Source: a virus
IMG/VR virus record: IMGVR_UViG_3300030451_004287
Location: 64,001-128,000 of that record
Strand: one strand, 5' to 3'
DNA: 64,000 nt
Shown here: one piece after another, positions 47,455 to 56,278 of the stretch
Layout: every line of letters starts with the position of its first letter
Numbering within the stretch: the first letter of the stretch is position 1
The notes under the pieces: generated by a model
Told to the model about the DNA's origin: nothing
What the model saw: the letters and a program-made list of their open reading frames with translations, nothing else
The model's database searches: none
Program-made: the position numbers and the translations under genes

Positions 47455-48137
47455 AAAACTTATCAGTACTTATACTATGCACTAATACAGCTAAAGGAAC
47501 TAAATCCTTGGGTAGTATAGGCTTGTTAAAACTAAACAATAAAAAGAATATAATAGATTATCACATTAATAACATTAAACTTTGCTGGCCTGACTGTAAT
47601 ATTTCTATTATTGCTAGACATGATGACATTAAATTAAACAAATATATTACCAACGAAAAACCAGATATTAATTATATCGATTATGAATTAGATAAAATGT
47701 CAAACGAGTGCGAGAGTTTACTAAGAGGAATTAACTCCGATAATGTTAATGATAATTTTTTAATCATTGATATTAATTGTCTTTTAGATAAAAACATATT
47801 TAAAAAGTTTTCAACATATGACATGTCTAAATCATTTATTATTCACAATAGGGATATTTCGTATGAGTCAAAATTAGGATGTATCCATGATTACAAATCT
47901 GATAAGATACAGAATATCTTTTTCGATTTACCTGTAAAAATTTTAAAATACTATTATATATGTAATGATCAATTACTAGAAATTTTAAAATCTAAGCCTA
48001 CTAGATCTAAATTTTTGTTCGAAATTTTGAATCACACAAATAATGATATAAATATGTATAATATAAAAACAAAAAAATGTATTAATATAAATTCTATTAA
48101 AGATTATAAAATAGCTAAGGAGACTAATTTTGTATAA
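47451..48137 (+). CDS. degenerate nucleotidyltransferase (NTP_transf/MobA-like GT-A fold)
   Basis: SVLIL...GTKSLG..GLLK....IIDYHI and N...SL..G motifs. Confidence 0.5.
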   Translation: MKNLSVLILCTNTAKGTKSLGSIGLLKLNNKKNIIDYHINNIKLCWPDCNISIIARHDDIKLNKYITNEKPDINYIDYELDKMSNECESLLRGINSDNVNDNFLIIDINCLLDKNIFKKFSTYDMSKSFIIHNRDISYESKLGCIHDYKSDKIQNIFFDLPVKILKYYYICNDQLLEILKSKPTRSKFLFEILNHTNNDINMYNIKTKKCININSIKDYKIAKETNFV

Positions 48138-48507
48138 TATAAGTGTATTTTTACAAAGAATAGCTGCAGAAAGCCATGTATTAAAAATAATGTCATTAAC
48201 TAATCCTAAAAAGATCTACATAAAAGAGATGTTTTGTGATACAAACCAGATGGCTAATTATCATAATCCATTTTTCCATTCTTGGATGTTGATGGCAGAA
48301 AATAAATTGTTACTATCTGATGCAAGTTGCTACAATATAGCAGCAATTTTTGATACTAATAAATTTATTGCTATAGATGATCCTAAATTTAAACAAGATA
48401 TGGATAATGTAGAGTTTGTAGATATCAATATATTTAATCAAGGTAACACCGAAGAAAAACTGTTAGAAATCTTAGGACAAGATAAATATGCAAAATATAA
48501 AGTATGA
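48130..48507 (+). CDS. hypothetical protein
   Basis: TTG start after AAGGAG RBS. Confidence 0.6.
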   Translation: MYNISVFLQRIAAESHVLKIMSLTNPKKIYIKEMFCDTNQMANYHNPFFHSWMLMAENKLLLSDASCYNIAAIFDTNKFIAIDDPKFKQDMDNVEFVDINIFNQGNTEEKLLEILGQDKYAKYKV

Positions 48508-49288
48508 TCAACTTTCTGATACTGAAAAATGTAATATTATTAAAAAACTTTATACAAAAGAAAAACTAAGCTTTGCTGGTATAGCAAAACAGCTTGGTAC
48601 ATATTCTAATAAAGTTAGAAGAGATGCTAATAAGTTTAATATTAAAATTAGAGATAGAAGCCAAGCGCAAAAAAATGCTTTACAAACGGGAGCAGTTAAA
48701 CATCCAACACAAGGTAAAAATAGAAGCGAAGAAGAAAAACAAAAAATCAGCATGTCTCAACATGAAAGCTGGAAAAATCAAGACGAGAATACTAAAAAAC
48801 AAAGATCAAAAAAAGCAAAGTTAAGATGGCAGTCTATGTCAGAATCACAAAAAGAAAATTTAAGAGTTGCTGCTCATCAAGCTATTAGAGAAACTAGCAA
48901 AACAGGGTCTAAGCTAGAAAAATTTTTACTAACTAAACTCATAGAAAAAGGCTACAAACCTGAGTTTCACAAAGAACAAATTTTATCGAATACAAAATTA
49001 CATATTGACCTCTTTATTGCAAAACTTAATACAGCTATAGAGATCGACGGTCCATCTCATTACATTTCTGTTTGGGGAGAAGAGTCTTTAGCCAGAAACC
49101 AAAAATATGACCAAAAAAAGAATGGTTTAATTATTGGCAAAGGAATGAGACTAATTAGAATCAAACAGTTAAATGACTATTCAAAAGCTAGGGCAGAAAT
49201 AGTATTTTCTAAACTAGATAATTTATTACAACAAATTAAAACAAATTCGTTAGATTCATCTCAAAAAATTTTATATATAGAGGATTAA
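48488..49288 (+). CDS. probable homing endonuclease (HTH, NUMOD3-like repeats, Vsr/DUF559-like nuclease)
   Basis: IAKQLG HTH, GK.RSEEEKQKIS repeat, SKLE, ID, IEIDGPSH and LIRI motifs. Confidence 0.65.
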   Translation: MQNIKYDQLSDTEKCNIIKKLYTKEKLSFAGIAKQLGTYSNKVRRDANKFNIKIRDRSQAQKNALQTGAVKHPTQGKNRSEEEKQKISMSQHESWKNQDENTKKQRSKKAKLRWQSMSESQKENLRVAAHQAIRETSKTGSKLEKFLLTKLIEKGYKPEFHKEQILSNTKLHIDLFIAKLNTAIEIDGPSHYISVWGEESLARNQKYDQKKNGLIIGKGMRLIRIKQLNDYSKARAEIVFSKLDNLLQQIKTNSLDSSQKILYIED

Positions 49289-49291
49289 ATA

Positions 49292-49984
49292 ATGGCTAAG
49301 GCAAAAACTAAGACAGAAGAAAAAATCAACCCAAATGATATTAATTGGACAGATAATGTATTGAAACTGTTGTCTGATGACGAAAAGATCAAAGGTAATC
49401 CAACTACAGATGGGTTAAGAAGGATTTTTGAAATTGCTTTAGACTGTGTTGTTATTGACTCGTCCTCTTCTGTATTACAAAGTCCTAGCCCAGAAAATGA
49501 AAAGAGGGCTACTGTGGTCCATTCTCTGACGTATGTTTTAAATAATCCTGATCTAGCACCAGAATTTAAAACCAGAACTGTAAATGGAGCAGCGGATGTA
49601 TATTGGGGTAATTGTGATAAGATTTTTAGAAATCATCCAGTAGCAGTTGCAGAAACAAGAGCAGAAGGAAGGGCTTTACGAAGAGGATTAAAATTACGCA
49701 AAGTTGTAGCAGCAGAAGAAATTGCTGATACTATTGAAGATAATCCTGATATGGACTCTGTAACCAAGATTACAAATAATCAAATTGGTTTTATGGATGT
49801 ATTGTGTAAACGTCTAAATGTTAATCCTATTAGTTTGATGGAATATTTAAAGTTTGAAGTTAATGATTTTAGAAACTTGACACATAATGATGCTGTGTCT
49901 ATTATAAGACAACTATCTGGATATCAACAAAATGTAGATAGTATTCCACAAGACGTTATGGGTTACACAGAGGAGTGGCGATGA
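49292..49984 (+). CDS. conserved phage protein, possibly a Rad52/Sak-like single-strand annealing protein
   Basis: AVAETRAEGRALRR.L.L..V.AEEI segment; small C-terminal helical domain (ITNNQI). Confidence 0.4.
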   Translation: MAKAKTKTEEKINPNDINWTDNVLKLLSDDEKIKGNPTTDGLRRIFEIALDCVVIDSSSSVLQSPSPENEKRATVVHSLTYVLNNPDLAPEFKTRTVNGAADVYWGNCDKIFRNHPVAVAETRAEGRALRRGLKLRKVVAAEEIADTIEDNPDMDSVTKITNNQIGFMDVLCKRLNVNPISLMEYLKFEVNDFRNLTHNDAVSIIRQLSGYQQNVDSIPQDVMGYTEEWR

Positions 49985-50304
49985 TTGAAGGCGAAATTAA
50001 AGTTAATGATAAATTAACTCTTAAAATTAGTGCAGAAGGACAGAAAGAATTATTTAAAGATCTGTCTACTGTACAAGAAATTTTTGGAGAAAACAGCTGT
50101 GGTATGTGTGGTAGCACTGATATTAAATATGTTGTTCGCACTGTTGACGGTAATGATTATTTTGAGTTAAGATGCAATAAATGTGGGGCTATACTTTCTT
50201 TTGGTCAACATAAAAAAGGTGGAACAATCTTTCCTAAACGAAAAGACTCTAATGGTAAATGGTTAGAGAATCGTGGTTGGCACAAGTATGTTCCTAAAAA
50301 ATAA
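49981..50304 (+). CDS. zinc-ribbon protein
   Basis: CGMC...CNKC; GAGGAG RBS before ATG 49981. Confidence 0.65.
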   Translation: MIEGEIKVNDKLTLKISAEGQKELFKDLSTVQEIFGENSCGMCGSTDIKYVVRTVDGNDYFELRCNKCGAILSFGQHKKGGTIFPKRKDSNGKWLENRGWHKYVPKK

Positions 50305-50829
50305 TTAACTTTTTTCTTCTAATTGTTTTTTCCATGCTGCTGTTTGTTTAGCTGATATTTCTCTTTCTCTTTCAGCTTCTTCTTTTTGTGCCTTACGAGA
50401 ATTAGCAACAGCTTTCTTAATAAGAATACGACCTGCTGTTTTTAAAAACGGCAAACCTCTTTTATTTGCTTCTTCTTGTAACCAACCTACAACAGTTTCT
50501 ACATTATTTTCTACCCAATCATTACCATTATGATCCATAGCGTGTGCTCTTTTATTACAGCTACAGTTTGCTTTAGAGTGTATACCAAACTTTGCTAGTA
50601 GTTTTTTTAATTGAGTGCCGGGGCCAGAACTCATAGAATCTGGTCTAAATTGATCAGGGTCATCTTTTAAAAGTTTTACTATATCATCTTTTACACTCCA
50701 TATTTCATTAATTTCAGGCTCAGTTAATCCTCCAGTATTAAAACTTATTGTATTTGTTTGTTCATGATACATTACCTGTATATTTTTAGATTGTAATATT
50801 TTTAATATTTTATAAGCCTTAGTTTGCAT
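50305..50829 (-). CDS. hypothetical protein (CSC..RA..MD..G.DW motif family)
   Basis: AGGAG RBS; GPGT.LKKLL, CSCNKRA and WL.EEA..RGLPF segments. Confidence 0.7.
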   Translation of the reverse strand: MQTKAYKILKILQSKNIQVMYHEQTNTISFNTGGLTEPEINEIWSVKDDIVKLLKDDPDQFRPDSMSSGPGTQLKKLLAKFGIHSKANCSCNKRAHAMDHNGNDWVENNVETVVGWLQEEANKRGLPFLKTAGRILIKKAVANSRKAQKEEAEREREISAKQTAAWKKQLEEKS

Positions 50830-50844
50830 TATAGTTTTTCTCCT

Positions 50845-53800
50845 TTAAAATCCACCATCTTTAGTATATGGATCACCATCTGGTCCGTATACACTTGGTC
50901 CAGTATCTTCCTCACATTCGCCACTATCAACATTTTTTAAACAACTTTGCTCAATTCCATCTTTCGCAAGAGGAATCGTTACATTTTTATAATTTCTTCT
51001 ACCATGAGGGTCAAGGAAATCCGCTGTAGTATGAACATAACAATCTCCTTTACAACTTGGTTTAACTTTATATATAAAACCTACATTACTAGCTCCACCT
51101 CTTGGTTGAGCAGGCCAAGTACCATCATACTCTTCTGGAGTATTAGGCCATCTGCCATTCCAACAAATTCGTCTATCAGGAAATTTTGTTCCAAATGTAC
51201 CTTCTTGCCATTTGTAACCAGCATTGTTACCTCCCAGATAGCCGGGCAAATTGGTATTGGTTCCGGGGAAATTTGGTAGTTTACCTTGAAGCCAAGGGAA
51301 GTTTTCTATAGCTTCGCCGCCACCAAATTGACCTTCAAGCATAGCCTGTACTACCGCTTGAACCTCTTCAGCCGTAATAGTTTCTCCCTCATTTTGTGCA
51401 ATTATAAGTATTTGTTGAGTATATAATTGTTGATACAGATAATGATGTATATATTCCTGTTTGGGTTCAAAAAATAATTCTTCTGCATCCCAATTAACAG
51501 TAATTGAACCACCATTAGCTCCCTCTGCGGTAAAACCCCAGCTACCGGGATCTGCACACTCAACAAAACCTGTGCCATAATAACTATTTTCACAACCTTT
51601 ACAACTCGCTAAGTAATCATCTCTAACCTGCCACCACCACTGTTCACAATACGGAGCATAGTTTCTTGGAAAGGTTATGCCTTGATCTGCAAGAGCTGCT
51701 GCTTTTTGTTTTTGAAATTCGTCAAGTGCTGAACCTACATACCACTGTTCTGATTTTAGCACTGTTCCATCGTCCTGAAAACCAAAAGTCCCAGTCATAT
51801 ACGACTCATCAGGAACACTAGTTACTCCAGTTAGTGTCCATTTCCATCGACCTCCACCTCCTGTAGCTTGCATACATTCTAATGTTAATGTAGCTGACGT
51901 ACCACCATCAATGTCGTTATCATTCCAAGTGCTTTGATCTGTTGGGTCTCCATCACCCCAAGGATTTGTCGAACCTAGCAGACAATGAGATCCTCCAAAA
52001 TTTATTGTTACTACAGGACATCCTGAAGATTTAGGTCTGTCACAACAATTCATAACAACTGCGCCAGTATCAGGATCAGTATATCTCCCTCCAAAATCTA
52101 TACTCGTAGTATTCACAGAAAATCTATAATCACCGTGAATCATATTAGAATGAACATATTCTGCTGCAGGACCGGGTTGAACTTCACAATCATCATTAAT
52201 CCCAACAATCATACCAAAGTCTGATTGTGGTCCAGCAGTGTCAAACTGAGCTTCTGCAGTATCTGGATCCCACATGCTTGGAAGACAACCTCCACCACCT
52301 GTTGTTCCTCCGGGACTAATTGACATATATATAGCTGTGCGTCTACTCCATACTTGTTGACCAAAATCTTGATGGTCAAATATGCCTACTTTTTTAAGTA
52401 TATCACGGTCACCTGCCTGAACAACTTGACCAAAAGAACTAGCTACACCAACTGGTACTCCACCGCCCATATTAGCCAATCTACTCGCAGAAAATGGACT
52501 ACAAGCACAATTACTACAACAATAGTAAGGATCGTTATCACCACAAACATCGGCTGTGCTTTGTCTAGCATAATTTAAAGGCATATTTTCATAAGGCTTA
52601 CCACCGCCCTCATTTGTACAATAAGGTCCCGGACCACCCTTGCTTCCTCTAATATCTATAAACTCACCTTCATCATTAAATACCGGATACCTAATTAAAA
52701 AACCGGTAGAGCTGTCATAGTAAGGCTCTTTCCAATCTACATTAAAATCTTCTTGTCTTTTAAAATTAAAATCACCAGCTAATACTGCTCCATAACAAGG
52801 GTTATATCCACCAAAATGATCAAAATCTGGTCTTATTTCTTTCATTTGACTAGTAATAAGCAATCCACTACAACCATATTTTAGAGGTAAATCTAAATCA
52901 TAATACTTATTTCTATCTAAATTATGAACATGAAGACTATCATCGTCACCAGTTTTTTCTTCTCCATCAATAGTTAGCCCTGCTCTCGACCCAATAATAT
53001 TAGCATGTTGATAACAAGTACTAGAAGCACCATTATCTATCATAATAGTACCAGTGCCTAAAGGTTTTATTTTATTAATGTGTCTATTATCCAAGAAAAG
53101 ACTAACTTCAGGAGTAAGTGTTAATGCTCCTTCACCTATCAACTTATCTCCATCAGGGTCTATAATACCTGTTATAACTCCTTCACATGTAACTAATAAC
53201 TGCGCGTATCCTCCTTTACCATAGTAATAACCTTGACAAGCATCATCGAATGGGAAATTATAAGGATAAAAATTAGTTGTATTTGCGTCACCAACAGGAT
53301 TAAATTTTAATGATTGAGGACTATATGGTAACTCTCCACCAGCTCCATCGTCTTTATTTGTTCTTACAAATTGAAAATATCTAGGATCATAAGGATAATC
53401 TTTTAACATTGCAGAATATGGAGTAATAGGCAAATGATCTCTTGACTCTTCTTCACGCATTTGCTTATTACTAACTCCTAAATAAGCTCCGTATAATCTA
53501 CTATATGTATTATCATGACCATGCCTAGTAATATAGTCTGGTCTATGAGTAGGTACTATAGTATGACACTCTCCAAAAACAGCACTTTCACCTCTAAATC
53601 CTTGAACATAAGCATGATAATCATGAGTGCATTGAGTGAAAGGAAATGGCACCAAAGAAGCATTAGGACCTTCTGCTATAGCTTTAGCTTGATCTGCAAG
53701 ATCATTAGTAAACTTTTTATAAAAAGGCAAAGTTTCTGCATGTACAGACGCTGGGACTATATTGTATACTGAACCGTAATTCGGAATATAATACATTTGC

Positions 53801-56271
53801 ATGTACCCTTGACAACCACCGGGTACTGGTAGAAATAAAGGTAGATCAAGCGGCCCAACAGCAGTTTTAGTACTATCTGTTACGTTAGCAGAAAGAGGTA
53901 GTCTTTGCATAGTATTAATATAAAAAGAATTTGTCCAAAGAGGTCTGTTAGATCTTAAAGCACAACTCATATAAACTTCGTTATCAGATACTTTGGTAAC
54001 TCCATCTCCTCCTCGTATATTCTGCATATCACCAAAAAATACCATTTCATAAAAAGGCATATCATTACCCGGCAAACCTCGTGGACTTGGAGGAGCCTGA
54101 TCACCATTAAAATGAGTTGTTAAAGGATTACCATCTCTGTCTTTAACTTGACACACTACAGAACCGGGAACTTTCGTACCGGCATCTCTTTGCGCTTGAT
54201 AATCTCCATTAGCAGGTAAATAATAACCGTCAGTCTCACTAAAAGGCACAACATGTAGTACCTTACTACCTTCTGGAACAAAAGGACCAAATACAGGCAT
54301 ACCAGCATATAAATTTGATACATCATCAATACTACTTAATTCAAATAAACCATTAGCTCTAGCATTAGCTGGACTTCCCATAAACTGCCCACCAGCAAAT
54401 ATAAACTGAGTTAAATAATTAGGATGAACGCACCATTTAGCAAAATCTGTTCTTCCTTTAATAAAGCCAGTAGTCATTTTGGTTTCATCAGCAATTTTTG
54501 AATTAGAACCTGCACTACTATCAATGCCATGAAAAGCTAAATCTGTTAAATTTGTTACATCTATAATTTTATCAGGACCATTTGTTTTAATTCTTAAATT
54601 AAATGTAGCATGACCGGCATTTTCAAGATCACCCAAATTCATAACTTCAACAATATATTGCCTAACATGCATACTATCGTTATGGTTAAATCTCCAATTA
54701 TTAAAATTATTTACATCTTCTAATTTATAACAGTGTGGGTGTTGACGGTCTCCTCTAGCTTCTAAATTGTGTGAAAAATAATTTGGACCACCTGTACTTA
54801 TATATGGTTTAGCTGTTCCATCTACACTTGCTCTAAATCGTCCGGGAGGGGTATCTACTTGTGCCTCTGGTTCTTGGTAAGCAGCAGGCCAGTTCCTTCT
54901 GTGAACATAATAAAGATTTAAATGAATATCTGTATTACTAACATTTTGCCATTCTACTTCTTCACTTGAAGTTAACTGTATACGATTAGTTACATCATTA
55001 AGTGCTTTTTCTTCATCACTTGCATCTTCTGGAAAATCTCTTACTTGTCCGAATTGGTCCACTCGTGGCTTGCTGTATAAATAATGAATACCTCTTTCTG
55101 ATGGTACAAAAAATGGCGTATTGTCAAAATAGTTTAACATTCTAAACTTATATTTACCGGGCCATTTAGTGCTTTTTAGAAAAGGGTTTGCGTCAGCTAT
55201 ACCACTTATAATTATTGACTTTTGTTCATCATCTGTAAATTGTAATGTAGGAACACCAATTTCCATTCTTAAGTCTTGCAGAAATGGTATAAGATTTGCT
55301 GCATCTTCAAGACCCCCATCAATATCACCTTGGCGACGTCTAAGGTAACTATTAAATAAATGAAATTGATCACTATTAAAATCAGTAGCATCTCCCATTT
55401 CACCTAATACAATTTTATCGTAACCAACATCTCCAGCAAGAGCTATATATGGATTATCAATAATATTTCCATTACCCATATCCCATGTTGTGTTCCAAGG
55501 ATTAACTCTAGGATCTCTCATAGCATTCCAAAGATTTCTACCAAATACTTCTTTGCCTAATAATTGAGCATGATCTAAACCTATGTTTTCGACACCGTTA
55601 AACTTAAAACTTCTATCGTAATCAATTCCTTCATCAGTTTCTGCTGGTACAATAATCTCATCGCCATCAAAAGTTACACTAATAGAATCAATAGGCTTTC
55701 TGATAAATTTTTCACCCAAAATAGGATGATCATATTTTGCATGATTTCCTTGAACGTCTTCTATATCAGCAGTAAATAAAGTAGGAACATTAAATAAAGT
55801 TGTAGAAACATTTACATCATTTGGGTTATCTTTATCTTCGGAAAAAACTGGTGTAGAAGTCACAGTACTAATACAAGTACCACGATCTTGGGTGGGTTTT
55901 TCAAATTTTTTATAAAAACCTGATTCTGCATGTTTAGCTAAAGCTAATGGCCCAAATGTAGCATCATCCTTTAATATTGATTTATCTTCGTCAACAAGAC
56001 CTAAAGTTTTTAATAAATGTCCACAATATTTATTAATAATATTAAAAGTTTCTAATTTATCTTGTTGATTTAATTCTTTTAAAGACCCATTAATTTCGTG
56101 AGTATCTAAATTTATAAAAGTTACTTCAAATTGTGGGTCGTAATTTTTTAATATTATACTAGATAATGTCCTAGCACTATCTGAAACTAGTAAATCCTTA
56201 TCATCTCGAATCCTTAAAAGAGTTAATAATAACTTCTCATCTGAAATTTCATCATATTTTATATTATACAT
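50845..56271 (-). CDS. 1808-aa Gly/Cys/Asp-rich protein, putative virion/tail (receptor-binding) protein
   Basis: Very long ORF in the structural block; no enzymatic motif recognised. Confidence 0.55.
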   Translation of the reverse strand: MYNIKYDEISDEKLLLTLLRIRDDKDLLVSDSARTLSSIILKNYDPQFEVTFINLDTHEINGSLKELNQQDKLETFNIINKYCGHLLKTLGLVDEDKSILKDDATFGPLALAKHAESGFYKKFEKPTQDRGTCISTVTSTPVFSEDKDNPNDVNVSTTLFNVPTLFTADIEDVQGNHAKYDHPILGEKFIRKPIDSISVTFDGDEIIVPAETDEGIDYDRSFKFNGVENIGLDHAQLLGKEVFGRNLWNAMRDPRVNPWNTTWDMGNGNIIDNPYIALAGDVGYDKIVLGEMGDATDFNSDQFHLFNSYLRRRQGDIDGGLEDAANLIPFLQDLRMEIGVPTLQFTDDEQKSIIISGIADANPFLKSTKWPGKYKFRMLNYFDNTPFFVPSERGIHYLYSKPRVDQFGQVRDFPEDASDEEKALNDVTNRIQLTSSEEVEWQNVSNTDIHLNLYYVHRRNWPAAYQEPEAQVDTPPGRFRASVDGTAKPYISTGGPNYFSHNLEARGDRQHPHCYKLEDVNNFNNWRFNHNDSMHVRQYIVEVMNLGDLENAGHATFNLRIKTNGPDKIIDVTNLTDLAFHGIDSSAGSNSKIADETKMTTGFIKGRTDFAKWCVHPNYLTQFIFAGGQFMGSPANARANGLFELSSIDDVSNLYAGMPVFGPFVPEGSKVLHVVPFSETDGYYLPANGDYQAQRDAGTKVPGSVVCQVKDRDGNPLTTHFNGDQAPPSPRGLPGNDMPFYEMVFFGDMQNIRGGDGVTKVSDNEVYMSCALRSNRPLWTNSFYINTMQRLPLSANVTDSTKTAVGPLDLPLFLPVPGGCQGYMQMYYIPNYGSVYNIVPASVHAETLPFYKKFTNDLADQAKAIAEGPNASLVPFPFTQCTHDYHAYVQGFRGESAVFGECHTIVPTHRPDYITRHGHDNTYSRLYGAYLGVSNKQMREEESRDHLPITPYSAMLKDYPYDPRYFQFVRTNKDDGAGGELPYSPQSLKFNPVGDANTTNFYPYNFPFDDACQGYYYGKGGYAQLLVTCEGVITGIIDPDGDKLIGEGALTLTPEVSLFLDNRHINKIKPLGTGTIMIDNGASSTCYQHANIIGSRAGLTIDGEEKTGDDDSLHVHNLDRNKYYDLDLPLKYGCSGLLITSQMKEIRPDFDHFGGYNPCYGAVLAGDFNFKRQEDFNVDWKEPYYDSSTGFLIRYPVFNDEGEFIDIRGSKGGPGPYCTNEGGGKPYENMPLNYARQSTADVCGDNDPYYCCSNCACSPFSASRLANMGGGVPVGVASSFGQVVQAGDRDILKKVGIFDHQDFGQQVWSRRTAIYMSISPGGTTGGGGCLPSMWDPDTAEAQFDTAGPQSDFGMIVGINDDCEVQPGPAAEYVHSNMIHGDYRFSVNTTSIDFGGRYTDPDTGAVVMNCCDRPKSSGCPVVTINFGGSHCLLGSTNPWGDGDPTDQSTWNDNDIDGGTSATLTLECMQATGGGGRWKWTLTGVTSVPDESYMTGTFGFQDDGTVLKSEQWYVGSALDEFQKQKAAALADQGITFPRNYAPYCEQWWWQVRDDYLASCKGCENSYYGTGFVECADPGSWGFTAEGANGGSITVNWDAEELFFEPKQEYIHHYLYQQLYTQQILIIAQNEGETITAEEVQAVVQAMLEGQFGGGEAIENFPWLQGKLPNFPGTNTNLPGYLGGNNAGYKWQEGTFGTKFPDRRICWNGRWPNTPEEYDGTWPAQPRGGASNVGFIYKVKPSCKGDCYVHTTADFLDPHGRRNYKNVTIPLAKDGIEQSCLKNVDSGECEEDTGPSVYGPDGDPYTKDGGF

Positions 56272-56278
56272 ATATTTA

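Noticed and set aside
250-50141. Short antisense and off-frame ORFs under plus-strand genes (e.g. 250-573, 7132-7560, 16540-16842, 43499-43834, 48594-48824)
   Set aside because: They lie within well-supported genes, have no motifs, and show shadow-frame composition
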